Shown here: in pieces, positions 27,741 to 40,285 of the stretch
How the letters are laid out: each line of letters begins with the position of its first letter
Position numbering within the stretch: position 1 is the stretch's first letter
DNA from: Candidatus Eiseniibacteriota bacterium
Lineage (GTDB): Bacteria; Eisenbacteria; RBG-16-71-46
DNA: 53,245 nt
Assembly (NCBI GenBank): GCA_031370785.1
Contig: JANMQY010000062.1
Span: 1 to 53,245, forward strand
Reading direction: 5' to 3'
The notes under the pieces: model-generated
Databases searched by the model: none
The model's input: the letters and a program-made list of their open reading frames with translations, nothing else
Told to the model about the DNA's origin: nothing
Made by a program: the position numbers and the translations under genes

Positions 27741-28714
27741 GACCGCGCTCCCGTTCCGCTCCGGCACGCGGCCGCGCGGGAACCCCGGTGCGCCGCGCGT
27801 CGCGCCTCACTTCGCACTTCGATCCATTCGTGGGCGCGGGCCCTCTGGCCGCGCGCGCCCGGGCGTTCGAGCGCTATTTCGCGCGCGCGCTTCCCGCCGC
27901 CAGGCTCCGCCCGTCACGCCTGCATGCCGCGATGCGCTACGGCGCGCTCGCTCCGGGCAAGCGGGTGCGCCCGCTGCTCGCGCTCGCGGCTTGCGAGGCG
28001 GTCGGAGCGCCGTGGCGCCGCGCCTTGCCGGCTGCCGCTGCGATCGAATGCGTGCACGCGTTCTCGCTGATTCACGACGATCTGCCGGCGCTCGACGACG
28101 ACGACTATCGCCGCGGCCGGCTCACCACCCATCGCAAATACGGCGAGGCGCTCGGGCTGCTTGCGGGAGATGCGCTGCTCGCCTTTGCGTTCGAGATGCT
28201 CGCGCGCCTTTCCAAAGCAGGAGTGCCGGCGGCGAGAGTGGTGGACGCGATGCGGCTGCTGGCGGCCGCGAGCGGCAGCCGCGAACTGGTGGGCGGACAG
28301 GTGATGGATCTGGAGGGCGAGGGGCGGCGCCCGGGCGCGGCCGCGGTGCGCGACATCCACCGTCTCAAGACCGGCGCGCTGATCGGGGCCGCGCTCGCGC
28401 TCGGCGCGCTCGCCGGAGGGGCGGACCGGCGCACGGTGCGCGAGTTCGAAGCGCTGGGCCGCGAGCTCGGGCTGGCGTTCCAGATCCACGACGACCTGCT
28501 CAATCGCGGCTCTTCGCTGGCGAGGCTCGGCAAGCGCTCCGGCACCGATGACGCGCGCGGCAAGGCAACCTTTCCTCGAGCGGTGGGAGAGGCAAAGGCG
28601 AGGGCCGAAGCGGCGCGACGTTTCAATCGCGCGCTCGAGCGGGTCGCGGCATACGGGCAGCGCGGCGCGACACTCGCGGCGCTGGTGATCGCGGTGGCCG
28701 AGCGGCGGCGCTAG
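27737..28714 (+). CDS. ispA: Geranyltranstransferase / farnesyl diphosphate synthase (start uncertain)
   Basis: GKRVRP, SLIHDDLPALDDDDYRRG, GQVMDL, KTGALI, FQIHDD, GKATF. Confidence 0.92.
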   Translation: MRPRSRSAPARGRAGTPVRRASRLTSHFDPFVGAGPLAARARAFERYFARALPAARLRPSRLHAAMRYGALAPGKRVRPLLALAACEAVGAPWRRALPAAAAIECVHAFSLIHDDLPALDDDDYRRGRLTTHRKYGEALGLLAGDALLAFAFEMLARLSKAGVPAARVVDAMRLLAAASGSRELVGGQVMDLEGEGRRPGAAAVRDIHRLKTGALIGAALALGALAGGADRRTVREFEALGRELGLAFQIHDDLLNRGSSLARLGKRSGTDDARGKATFPRAVGEAKARAEAARRFNRALERVAAYGQRGATLAALVIAVAERRR

Positions 28715-28821
28715 CGGGCTTCGCGCTCACGCGCTCCCCGGTTTGCCCGTCGGGCCCGACCCCCTTATCGTCTGCCCGCGCTGCGTCCCTGGCGCATCGA
28801 CTTCATCCCGCGAGGTAAAAC

Positions 28822-29253
28822 ACGGAACCGTTCTGGCTGGCGCTGACGGTGGGCTTCCTGCTCCAGGGCTACAAGGGCCTGCGCGCGTACTTCAAGACCA
28901 GGCGCTGGAATCTGCGGCGCTTCGTCGAGACCGGCGGCATGCCCAGCTCGCACGCTGCGTCGGTCGCCGCGCTCAGCACCGCGGTCGGATTGGAGGAGGG
29001 ATTCCGCTCGCCGCTGTTCAGTGCCACGCTGTTTTTCAGCCTGATCGTCATGTATGATGCCGCGGGCCTGCGCCGGGCCGCGGGGCGCCAGGCTGCGGTG
29101 CTCAACCGCTTGATTGACGAGCACTTCAAACACCCCGAGAAGGGTACCCAGAAACTCATGGAGCTGCTTGGCCACACGCCCCTCGAAGTTTTGGTGGGGG
29201 CGCTGATCGGAACGCTGAGTGCGGTGCTCTGGTACTGGGTCGCGGCCCGATGA
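28822..29253 (+). CDS. Divergent PAP2 family membrane protein (YuiD/DUF212-like); start either ACG at 28822 or GTG at 28849
   Basis: TGGMPSSHAASV…IVMYDAAGLRRAAGRQA…ELLGHTPLEV; typical position between ispA and dxs. Confidence 0.88.
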   Translation, partial: TEPFWLALTVGFLLQGYKGLRAYFKTRRWNLRRFVETGGMPSSHAASVAALSTAVGLEEGFRSPLFSATLFFSLIVMYDAAGLRRAAGRQAAVLNRLIDEHFKHPEKGTQKLMELLGHTPLEVLVGALIGTLSAVLWYWVAAR

Positions 29254-31142
29254 GCCTGCTCGAACGCATCCACTCGCCCGCCGACCTCAAGGGCATGACC
29301 CGTCCCGAGATCGAACAGCTCGCCGCCGAGATGCGCCACGTGATCATCCAGACCGTGGCACGCCGGGCCGGCCATCTCGCGCCCAACCTCGGAGTGGTCG
29401 AGCTGACGCTCGCGCTCCACCGGGTGTTCGACTCTCCACGCGACAAGATCATCTGGGACGTGGGCCACCAGAGCTACCCGCACAAACTGGTGACCGGCCG
29501 GTTCGAGCAGTTCGACACGCTGCGCACGTTCGGCGGCATCTCGGGCTATCCGCGGCGCAGCGAGAGCGAGCACGACGCGTTCGGCACCAGCCACGGCAGC
29601 ACCTCGATCTCGGCCGCGCTCGGCTTCGCCGCGGCGCGGGATCTGAAGGGCGAGGACCATCACGTGATCGCGGTGATCGGCGACGGCGCGCTGACCGGCG
29701 GGATGGCGTTCGAAGGGCTCAACAACGTCGGCGAGCTGGGCAAGCGGCTGATCGTGATCCTGAACGACAACGAGCACAGCATCTCGCCCAACATCGGCGC
29801 GATCCACCGCTATCTGACCAAGCTCACCACCAGCCGCATGTACCGGCGGTTCGAGCACGACGTGTGGGAGCTGCTCGGCAACCTGCCGAAAGGAAAGAGG
29901 GCCCAGTCGCTCGCCGGCCGCATCAAGGAGGGGCTGCAGAACCTGGTGGTCCCGACCGTGCTTTTCGAGGAGATGGGCCTCAAGTATTTCGGACCGATCG
30001 ACGGCCACGATCTCGCCGTGCTCGAAGAGACCCTGTCCGACCTCAAGCGCTTCCACGAGCCGGTGCTGCTCCACGTCGTGACCCGCAAGGGCAAGGGATA
30101 TACGCCGGCCGAGAGCGACGCGACCACCTTCCACGGCGTCGGAGTGTTCGACCCGGAAACCGGGACCGCCTCCAAGGGCTCGCGCAAGACCTACACCCAC
30201 GTGTTCGGTGAGACTGCGCTCGCCATCGCCGAGCGCTTCCCGAACGCGGTGGCGGTGACCGCGGCGATGACCGACAACACCGGGCTCAAGCCCTTCTCGC
30301 TCAAGTACCCGGACCGCTTCTTCGACGTCGGCATGGCCGAGGAACATGCGGTTACCTTCTCGGCCGGGCTCGCCGCGGCCGGCATGCTCCCGCTGACCAC
30401 CATCTATTCGACGTTCCTGCAGCGCGCGTTCGATCAGATCATTCACGACGTCGCGGTGCAGAAGCTCAAGGTCGTGCTGTGCCTCGACCGCGCCGGCCTG
30501 GTCGGCGAAGACGGGGCGCCTCAGCACGGCGCGTTCGACATCGGCTACCTGCGCATGATCCCCGGCACGGTGGTGATGCAGCCGAAGAACGGGGAGGAGC
30601 TGCGCGACATGCTGTGGACTGCGGCGCACTGGAACGGCAGCGCGCCGATCGCGGTGCGCTATCCGCGCAGTCCAATCCCCGAAGACGCGCTTCCCGATCG
30701 CGAGCCACGCGTGCTCGAGATCGGCGTCTCGGAACAACTGCGCGCCGGCGGCGACGTCGCGATCCTCGCGTTCGGCACCATGGTCCTGCCCGCGCTCGAG
30801 GCGGCGGAGACGCTCGCACTCAAAGGCGTCTCGGCCACCGTCGTCAACGCGCGCTTCGCCTCTCCGCTCGATGAGCGCGCGATCGTCGGGCTCGCCCGTT
30901 CGGTCGGGCGGATCATCACCATCGAGGAGAACGTGCCGGCCGGCGGCTTCGGAAGCGCGGTCTCCGAGCTGCTCGATCGGCAGGGTCTCTCGGGCACACC
31001 GCTGCTGCGCCTCGCGCTGCCAGCGGAATTCGTGGCGCACGGTCGGCGCGACGAGCTGCTGCAGAAGGTCGGACTCGACGCCGCCGGCATCGCCGCGCGC
31101 GCGCTCGAGTGGACCACCGCCACCCAGCGCCAGTTCACATGA
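29250..31142 (+). CDS. dxs: 1-deoxy-D-xylulose-5-phosphate synthase
   Basis: GHLAPNLGVVELT, WDVGHQSYPHK, GDGALTGG…LNDN, DVGMAEEHAV, DRAGLVGEDG. Confidence 0.97.
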   Translation: MSLLERIHSPADLKGMTRPEIEQLAAEMRHVIIQTVARRAGHLAPNLGVVELTLALHRVFDSPRDKIIWDVGHQSYPHKLVTGRFEQFDTLRTFGGISGYPRRSESEHDAFGTSHGSTSISAALGFAAARDLKGEDHHVIAVIGDGALTGGMAFEGLNNVGELGKRLIVILNDNEHSISPNIGAIHRYLTKLTTSRMYRRFEHDVWELLGNLPKGKRAQSLAGRIKEGLQNLVVPTVLFEEMGLKYFGPIDGHDLAVLEETLSDLKRFHEPVLLHVVTRKGKGYTPAESDATTFHGVGVFDPETGTASKGSRKTYTHVFGETALAIAERFPNAVAVTAAMTDNTGLKPFSLKYPDRFFDVGMAEEHAVTFSAGLAAAGMLPLTTIYSTFLQRAFDQIIHDVAVQKLKVVLCLDRAGLVGEDGAPQHGAFDIGYLRMIPGTVVMQPKNGEELRDMLWTAAHWNGSAPIAVRYPRSPIPEDALPDREPRVLEIGVSEQLRAGGDVAILAFGTMVLPALEAAETLALKGVSATVVNARFASPLDERAIVGLARSVGRIITIEENVPAGGFGSAVSELLDRQGLSGTPLLRLALPAEFVAHGRRDELLQKVGLDAAGIAARALEWTTATQRQFT

Positions 31143-32014
31143 GCCTCGCGTACCGCCGGGTCGCGATCCTGGGCCACACCGGGCGGCCGGGAGTGCGGCA
31201 GGTGGCGGCACGCCTGCGAGAACGCCTCAAACGTCGCGGCCATGAGGTCGGCGTCGAGGCCGATCTGGCCGGACTGATGAAGCTCGACGGGATGCCGCTC
31301 GCGAAGCTCGCCGCCTGGTGCCAGGCGATGATCACGTTGGGCGGTGACGGCACCGTGCTCGCGGGCGGCCGCGCGCTCGCCGGAAAGCGCGGCGTGATGC
31401 TCCCGATCAATCTGGGCGGGCTCGGGTTTCTCGCCTCGGCCGAGGCTCGGGATCTCGACGCCGCGGTGACCGCCTCGCTCGGCGGAAAGTGGAAGGTCGC
31501 GACCCGAGCGGGAGTGAGCGCGCTGGTGCGCCGGCGCGGACGCGTGGTCAAGCGCGCGTTTGCGCTCAACGACGCGGTGGTACGCAGCGAGCCGAGCTAT
31601 GCCGCTCTGCACATGCGCCTAGCGGCGCTCGGCCTCGACCTTGGCCACCTGGTCGCCGACGGTCTGATCGCGGCCAGCGCCTCGGGCTCGACCGCCTATT
31701 CCCTCTCGGCGGGCGGTCCGGTCCTCGCTCCCGACGTGGACGGTCTGGTGGTGACCCCGGCATGCCCGCACTCGCTGGGCAGCCGCTCGCTGGTGCTCGG
31801 TCCCGACTCGACGGTGAGCGTGCGCGTGCTCGGCCCGGGAGCGGCGCTGCTGGTGCTCGACGGCCACGCACCGCTCAAGCTCGAGCGCGGCGACATGGTC
31901 GAGCTCATGCGTTCGCGCACGCTGGTGCGCGTGTTCGAGAATCCCGGCCATCCGTTCCTGCGCGCGCTGCACGCCAAGCTCGGCTGGCAGGGGAGCGCGC
32001 GCCGCAGCCTCTAG
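31139..32014 (+). CDS. nadK: NAD(+)/NADH kinase
   Basis: LGGDGT, INLGGLGFL, ALNDAV, ADGLI…GSTAYSLSAGGP. Confidence 0.9.
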   Translation: MSLAYRRVAILGHTGRPGVRQVAARLRERLKRRGHEVGVEADLAGLMKLDGMPLAKLAAWCQAMITLGGDGTVLAGGRALAGKRGVMLPINLGGLGFLASAEARDLDAAVTASLGGKWKVATRAGVSALVRRRGRVVKRAFALNDAVVRSEPSYAALHMRLAALGLDLGHLVADGLIAASASGSTAYSLSAGGPVLAPDVDGLVVTPACPHSLGSRSLVLGPDSTVSVRVLGPGAALLVLDGHAPLKLERGDMVELMRSRTLVRVFENPGHPFLRALHAKLGWQGSARRSL

Positions 32015-32016
32015 CC

Positions 32017-33717
32017 ATGCTCGAGCAGATCCGGATCCGCGATCTGGCACTGGTGGAGGAGGCCGCGATCGCGTTCGGACCCGGGCTCAACGTGGTGACC
32101 GGCGAGACCGGGGCCGGCAAGTCACTGCTGGTCGAAGCGATGAGCCTGCTGGTCGGCGGCAAGGCCGACGCCGACGTGGTGCGCGAGGGCGCTCGGGCGA
32201 CCATCGTCGAGGGTGAGTTCCGTCTGTCCGGCGAAATCGCGAAGCGCGTCGGACAGCTGCTCGCGACCTGGGAGCTGGAGTTCGACGGCGAGACACTGAT
32301 CGTGCGCCGCGAGGTGCAGCCCGGCGGCCGGAGCCGGGCGACGGTCAACCAGTCTCCGGTCACCCAGACCGCGCTGCGCCGGCTGGGCGAGATTCTCGCA
32401 GACCTGCACGGGCAGCACGAGCACCAGAGCCTGCTGCGCCCCGATGCCGGACTCGAGGTGCTCGACCGCCTGGCGGGGCTGGAGCCGGAGCGCGCCGCAT
32501 TCGCCGACTCGCTCGCGGCGCTGCGCGAGGCCGATGCCGAGCGCGAGCGCATCGAAGCATCACTGGCCACCTACGCCGAGCGCCGGGATTACCTGATGCA
32601 CGCGGCGTCCGAGCTGGACGAGACCCGGCTCGAAGAGGGCGAGGAGGAAACGCTGCGCATCGAGGCGGCGCGACTCCAGCACGCCGATCGCCTGCGCCAG
32701 CTGATCGCCCAGGCACTCGATCGTCTGACCGAGGGTGACGCCGCGGCGACCGATACCATCGCGGCCGCGGGCCATGCGCTCGAGCAGGCCGCCGCGCTCG
32801 ACCCGAGTCTGAGCGCGCTTCGACCGACACTCGAAGAGGCGCGCATCGCCGCCGCCGAGACCGCCCGATCGCTGGGCGAATATGCGAGCGGTCTCGAAGC
32901 CGATCCGCAGGCGCTCGAAGGCATCGAAGCGCGCCGCGAGCGGATCGCGCGCCTGATCCGCAAGTACCGGCGCGATGTCGCCGAGCTGCTGCGCTGGCGC
33001 GAGGAGCTGCGAGAAGAGCTGGCGAGCGGCGAGGACGCCGAGGGCACGCTCGAGCGCGTGCGCGCCCATGTGGCCGAGGCGCGCGCCGCGTGCGCGAAGG
33101 CGGCGGGCGCGCTGTCCACGCGGCGGCGGGCCGCGGCCACGGAGTGGGGCGGGCGCGTGACCCGCGACCTGAAACCGCTCGGCATGCCGGCGGCGAAACT
33201 CGAGTTCGCGGTGACGAGCGCGGATCCGGCCGGGGGCGAGTTCGGACCGCGCGGCGTCGACGCAATCGAGATCGCATTCACCGCCAATCCCGGCGAGGCT
33301 TCGCGTCCGCTCCAGCGCATCGCCTCGGGAGGGGAGCTTTCGCGGGTCATGCTGGCTCTCAAGACCGCGCTGGAAGCCCAAGACCGCGTTGACCTTCTGC
33401 TTTTTGACGAAGTAGACTCCGGAATCGGTGGCGCGGTCGCCCACGCGGTCGGGGAGCGCCTCCGACGCCTGGCCCAGCACCGCCAGATCGTCTGCGTCAC
33501 CCACTTGCCCATGATTGCCGCCCTCGCCAGCCATCACCTGCAGGTCTCCAAGCGCTCCGCCGCGGGACGAACCGTCGCCGGCATCGAGTCGGTGCGCGGT
33601 GAGGCGCGTATCGCCGAGCTGGCGCGCATGCTCGCCGGCGACCTCGCGACCGACACCACGCGCCGTCAGGCGCGCGAGCTGCTCGCCGCGCCCGCGACCC
33701 GTCCGGCGGCGCGATGA
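32017..33717 (+). CDS. recN: DNA repair protein RecN
   Basis: TGETGAGKS Walker A, HGQHEHQ, ASGGELSRVMLA, FDEVDSGIGG, VTHLP. Confidence 0.96.
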   Translation: MLEQIRIRDLALVEEAAIAFGPGLNVVTGETGAGKSLLVEAMSLLVGGKADADVVREGARATIVEGEFRLSGEIAKRVGQLLATWELEFDGETLIVRREVQPGGRSRATVNQSPVTQTALRRLGEILADLHGQHEHQSLLRPDAGLEVLDRLAGLEPERAAFADSLAALREADAERERIEASLATYAERRDYLMHAASELDETRLEEGEEETLRIEAARLQHADRLRQLIAQALDRLTEGDAAATDTIAAAGHALEQAAALDPSLSALRPTLEEARIAAAETARSLGEYASGLEADPQALEGIEARRERIARLIRKYRRDVAELLRWREELREELASGEDAEGTLERVRAHVAEARAACAKAAGALSTRRRAAATEWGGRVTRDLKPLGMPAAKLEFAVTSADPAGGEFGPRGVDAIEIAFTANPGEASRPLQRIASGGELSRVMLALKTALEAQDRVDLLLFDEVDSGIGGAVAHAVGERLRRLAQHRQIVCVTHLPMIAALASHHLQVSKRSAAGRTVAGIESVRGEARIAELARMLAGDLATDTTRRQARELLAAPATRPAAR

Positions 33718-35176
33718 CCGTCCCATCCCTCGAGGAGTTCCGCTCGCTCGCTCGCGGCGGCAAGCTGGTGCCGGTTTACCGCGAGGTGTTCGCCGACCAC
33801 GACACGCCGGTCTCGGCGTTCCGCAAGATCGACAGCGGCGCGCACGGCTTCCTGCTCGAAAGTGTCGAGGGCGGCGAGAAGTGGGGGCGATTTTCGCTTC
33901 TCGGGAGCCGGCCGTCGATCGTGTTCATCGCCAAAGGTGACCAGTCCGAGATTCACGAGAACGGCAAGGTCACAAAAGGCAAGCGTCCGCCGATCGAAGA
34001 GCTGGCCGAGCTGCTCAAGCGCCATCAGGCGATCGCGCTCCCGGGCGTGCCGCGATTCTGTGGCGGCGCGGTCGGATACCTGGGCTACGACACGGTGCGC
34101 TGGTTCGAGCGCATCCCCGAGCGCACGCGCGACGACGTGGGCCTGCCCGACGCGGTGTTCCTGTTCGGCGACGTGGTCAGCGTTTTCGACAATCTCACCC
34201 ACACGCTCAAGGTGGTGACGCACGCACGCGCCGGCGACGATCCCGATGCCGCCTACCGCGCCGCGGTCACGCGCCTCGATCAGGAGGTCGCACGCCTGCG
34301 TGCGCCTCTCGTCTGGAGCGAGCCCGGTGAGGGCAGGGTGCCGGTCGAACCCGAATCCTCGGTCACGCGCGAACAGTTCATCGAGGCGGTCGAGGTCGCC
34401 AAGGAGCACATCCGCGCGGGCGACATCTTCCAGGTCGTGCTCAGCCACCGGATGAGCGCGCCGGTCACGCAGCCCGCGTTCGAGGCCTACCGCGCGCTGC
34501 GCGTCACCAATCCGTCGCCCTACATGTATTTCCTCAGGCTCGGCGAGTTCGCGGTGGTCGGCTCGTCCCCGGAGGTGCTGGTGCGGCGCACCGACTCGAC
34601 GGTCGAGGTGCGGCCGATCGCCGGCACGCGCCCGCGCGGGCGGGGGCCAGAGGAGGACCGGGCGCTCGAGGAGGATCTGCGCGCGAGCGAGAAGGAGCGG
34701 GCGGAGCACGTGATGCTCGTGGATCTCGGACGAAACGACGTGGGCCGCGTCTCGGAGTATGGGTCGGTCGAAACCAACGAGTACATGATCGTCGAGCGCT
34801 ACTCGCAGGTCATGCACCTGGTCTCCAACGTGCGCGGCAGGGTGAGGGCGGACCTCGCGCCGCTCGACATCGTGCGCGCATGCTTCCCGGCGGGAACGGT
34901 TTCGGGGGCGCCCAAGGTGCGGGCGATGGAGATCATCGAAGCGCTCGAGCCGCTCAGGCGCGGGGTCTACGCGGGCGCGGTCGGCCATTTCGACTATCAT
35001 GGCAATCTCGACCTGGCCATCGCCATCCGCACCCTCGTGTACGTGAATGGGCGAGCCTACTGGGGCGCGGGGGCCGGCATCGTCGCCGACTCGGAGCCCG
35101 AGAAGGAATGGGAAGAGACCCTGAACAAGGGGCGGGCGCTCTGGCTGGCGGTCCAGCGCGCCGAACGGGGACGGCC

Positions 35177-35180
<4 letters not shown>
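33714..35180 (+). CDS. trpE: Anthranilate synthase component I
   Basis: [66 protein letters not shown]. Confidence 0.95.
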
Positions 35181-35760
<580 letters not shown>

Positions 35761-35764
<4 letters not shown>

Positions 35765-36768
35765 TCCAGTCCGCGATCGCGCGGGCGGTGGCCGGGGAAA
35801 ACCTGTCCGGCGAGCTGGCGCAGGCCGCGATGGAGCAGGTACTGGCCGGCGAGGCCAGCCCGGCGCAGATCGGCGCGTTCGCGGTCGCGATGCGCATGAA
35901 GGGCGAGACTCCCGAGGAGATCGCCGGGATGGCGAGCGCGATGCGCGGGCGCGTGCCCCCGATCCGCACCGCGCGCAGCCCGCTGATCGACACCTGCGGC
36001 ACCGGCGGCGACAATGCCGGCACGTTCAACATCTCGACCACGGTCGCGCTGGTGACCGCATCGTGCGGGGTGGCGGTGGCCAAGCACGGGAACCGCGCGG
36101 TCTCGAGCCGGACCGGCAGCGCCGATGTGCTCGAATCGCTCGGGGTTCGCATCGACCTGACGCCCGAAGCCGCTGCGCGCTCGCTCGACCTGTTCGGGAT
36201 CACGTTCCTGTTCGCGCCCAACTATCATGCGTCGCTGCGCCACGCGGCCCAGCCGCGGCGCGAGATCGGGGTGCGCACCGTATTCAACGTGCTCGGGCCT
36301 CTGACCAATCCGGCCGGCGCATCGCGCCAGCTGCTCGGAGTATTCTCGGACGAGCTGGTGCGGCCGGTGGCCGAGGTGCTGCGCACCCTGGGCAGCGAGC
36401 GGGCGTGGGTGGTGCACGGCCGCGACGGACTGGACGAGCTGACCGTGTTCGCGAAGACCCACGTCGCCGAGCTCAAGGACGGTGCGATCCGCGAGTTCGA
36501 AGTGGACCCGGGCGCGTATGGTCTGGCCCATACCGACCGCGCCGGAGTTGCGGGTGGCAGCGCCGCGGAGAACGCGGCAAAGGTGCGCTCCGTGCTCGGC
36601 GGCGCCAGGGGCGTCGCCCGGAACATCGTAGTATTGAACACCGCCGCAGCCCTGGTGGTGGCGGGGGTGAGCGAAACGCTCGAAGCCGGCGTGGCCCGCG
36701 CCGAGGATGCCATCGACCGTGGATTGGCCGCCGCGAAGCTCGCCGAGCTCGCGGCATTCCGCGGCTGA
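35761..36768 (+). CDS. trpD: Anthranilate phosphoribosyltransferase
   Basis: [51 protein letters not shown] start overlapping the trpG stop. Confidence 0.95.
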
Positions 36769-36828
36769 ACCGCGCGACGAGCCCAGGGTCAAAGGATTGG
36801 GTCCGACGCACACTGCAGGAGGCCGGTC

Positions 36829-37479
36829 GTGTTCTGTGTTCGCTGCGGCGCCCCGCTGCCCGAGAATGCCGCGTTCTGTTCCAGCTGCGGTGCCCCGGCG
36901 CCGGCTGCCGATCCCGGTCCGGCATCGCGCTCCAGTTTCGGCGGCGGTGCCGTCGCGCCGGGATACTTCCCCGCGGCGGCACCGGTCGTGGTCGCGGCAC
37001 CGATCGTGATTCAGGCGCCGGCCGTCACCTACGGTGGGTTCTGGCGGCGCTTCGTGGCCCTGATCATCGACAATCTCATCCTCTACATCGTGAGCGCGCC
37101 GCTTTCGCTGCTGTTCAATGTGCCGATGTGGGCATTGATGCGCGGCGATCAGCCGACGGGCGGCGAATGGGCCGCACTGATGGGCTCGATGATGGGCCTG
37201 GCCGCGCTTTCGTCGCTGATCCACTGGCTTTATTTCGCGCTCATGGAGAGCTCGCCCAGGCAGGCGACGCTGGGCAAGATGGCGCTCAACATCCGGGTCA
37301 CGGACCAGGAGGGCCGCCGCATCTCGTTCGCGCGGGCGACCGGGCGGTTCTTCGCGAAAATCCTTTCGGGCCTGATCTTCATGATCGGCTACCTCATGGC
37401 CGCGTTCACCGAGCGCAAGCGGGCGCTTCACGACATCATCGCCGGAACGCTGGTGATCAAGGCGAGCGAGGGTCCATGA
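36829..37479 (+). CDS. Zinc-ribbon plus RDD family membrane protein
   Basis: FCVRCG…FCSSCG ribbon; YGGFWRRFVALIID, QATLGKMA, RALHDIIAGT. Confidence 0.9.
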   Translation: MFCVRCGAPLPENAAFCSSCGAPAPAADPGPASRSSFGGGAVAPGYFPAAAPVVVAAPIVIQAPAVTYGGFWRRFVALIIDNLILYIVSAPLSLLFNVPMWALMRGDQPTGGEWAALMGSMMGLAALSSLIHWLYFALMESSPRQATLGKMALNIRVTDQEGRRISFARATGRFFAKILSGLIFMIGYLMAAFTERKRALHDIIAGTLVIKASEGP

Positions 37480-38288
37480 AATCTCCACCGACCGATTTTC
37501 TCTCCCGCATCGCCGACGACCGCCGGCGACGGGTCGAGGCGATGAAGCGCGAGATACCCGCGCACGTGCTGCGCGAGAGACTGGATAAGACCCGGCCCGC
37601 CGGCCGGCTCGAACGCGCGCTGCGCCGCGAGAATCCGGGCGCTCCGCTGCGACTGGTGTGCGAGATCAAGCGTGCATCGCCATCGAAAGGCATGCTGCGC
37701 GCCGAGCTCGATCCGACGGCGATCGCTTCGCTCTACGAGCGCGGGGGCGCGGCGGCGATCTCGATCGTGACCGAGCCCGATCACTTCCTCGGCGATCTGG
37801 CGTGGGTCGGCGCGGTGCGGCCGCGCGTCCAGGTGCCGATCCTGCTCAAGGACTTCATCGTCGACTCGTATCAGATCCTCGATGCCGCGGTGCGCCGCGC
37901 CGATGCGGTGCTGCTGATCGCCGCGCTCCTGTCTCAGACCCAGCTGCAACGCCTCATCACCGAGGCCCGCCTGATCGGGCTCGACTGCCTGGTCGAGGTG
38001 CACGACGCGGCCGAGCTGAAGACCGCACTGTGGGCAGGAGCGACGCTGGTCGGGCTCAACAACCGCGACCTGCGAACCTTCGAGGTCCGGCTCGAGACCG
38101 CTCTCGACCTGCTGCCGTCCGTGCCGCCGATGGTGACCGCGGTCGCCGAGAGCGGCTTTTCGCGACCCGAAGATCTGGCGCGCCTGCGCGCGACGCGCTG
38201 TGATGCGGTGCTCATGGGCGAGGTATTCATGACCAGCGCCGATCCCGCGGCGACGCTGGCCGGCTTCGTCACCGCCGCCAGAGGCTGA
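37476..38288 (+). CDS. trpC: Indole-3-glycerol phosphate synthase
   Basis: EIKRASPSKG, ISIVTEPDHF, LLKDFI, LVEVH, GLNNRDL, AESG. Confidence 0.94.
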   Translation: MKSPPTDFLSRIADDRRRRVEAMKREIPAHVLRERLDKTRPAGRLERALRRENPGAPLRLVCEIKRASPSKGMLRAELDPTAIASLYERGGAAAISIVTEPDHFLGDLAWVGAVRPRVQVPILLKDFIVDSYQILDAAVRRADAVLLIAALLSQTQLQRLITEARLIGLDCLVEVHDAAELKTALWAGATLVGLNNRDLRTFEVRLETALDLLPSVPPMVTAVAESGFSRPEDLARLRATRCDAVLMGEVFMTSADPAATLAGFVTAARG

Positions 38289-38291
38289 GCC

Positions 38292-38913
38292 ATGCGCGCT
38301 CCGCGCCGCACCATCATCAAGGTGTGCGGGCTCACCTCATTGAACGACGCCCGCGAAGCGCGCGAGGCGGGGGCGGACTGGCTCGGGTTCATCGTGAAAG
38401 GCGAGAGTCCGCGCCTGATCGAGGCGGACGCGGCGGGAGCGATCGCAGCCGAGCTCGCCGGCGTGACGCTGGTGGCGGTGATGGTGTCGCCGACGCCGGC
38501 CGAGGCGGCGGATCTCGCGTGGCGCTCGGGCGCGTCCCGGGTGCAGCTGCACCGGGTGGATGCGATGCGCTGGCCCGGCGACTTTCCGCTCCCGGTGGCC
38601 TTCGCGATCGGGGTGGATTCGAGTGGAGTGCTTCAGTCACCGCTGCCCGCGCCACGCCATCTGGTCATGCTCGATCATGCGGATGGAAAGCGCGCCGGCG
38701 GAACGGGGGAGACGTTTCCGTGGGAAGCGGCAGAGCCGCTGGCACGCACCCGCGACCTGATGCTCGCGGGCGGCCTCGGCCCGGACAACGTGGCCGATGC
38801 GATCGCCCGCGTGCAACCGTTCGGCGTGGACGCCTCCTCCCGTCTCGAGCGCGCGCCGGGAATCAAGGACCACGCGCTGGTGCGGCGCTTCGTGCTGGCG
38901 GTCAAGGAATGCG

Positions 38914-38939
<26 letters not shown>
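38292..38939 (+). CDS. trpF: Phosphoribosylanthranilate isomerase
   Basis: [43 protein letters not shown]. Confidence 0.93.
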
Positions 38940-40113
<1,174 letters not shown>

Positions 40114-40181
40114 GCGAAGGAAGGCCGCGCTGGCCTGGGCTTCGTGGGCGCAGGCGATGTGTGCTATAAACGTCGCCCTTG

Positions 40182-40258
40182 GCGCCCGTAGCTCAATTGG
40201 ATAGAGCGTTAGCCTCCGGAGCTAAAGGTTACAGGTTCGATTCCTGTCGGGCGCACCA
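40182..40258 (+). tRNA. tRNA-Arg (CCG)
   Basis: Acceptor GCGCCCG/CGGGCGC, anticodon arm TTAGC-CTCCGGA-GCTAA, T loop TTCGATT, CCA end; extended -10-like TGCTATAAA at 40162-40170. Confidence 0.96.
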
Positions 40259-40285
40259 CCCTTACCCTGGCGCGGGCCTGCCGCC

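Noticed and set aside
28869..31211. 780-aa minus-strand ORF
   Set aside because: Antisense shadow of dxs.
36063..37475. Apparent long N-terminal fusion to TrpC (741-aa ORF)
   Set aside because: Out-of-frame read-through over trpD and RDD with Arg/Ala-rich low-information sequence. The same applies to the extended xseA (25355), recN (31489) and acetyltransferase (42631) ORFs.
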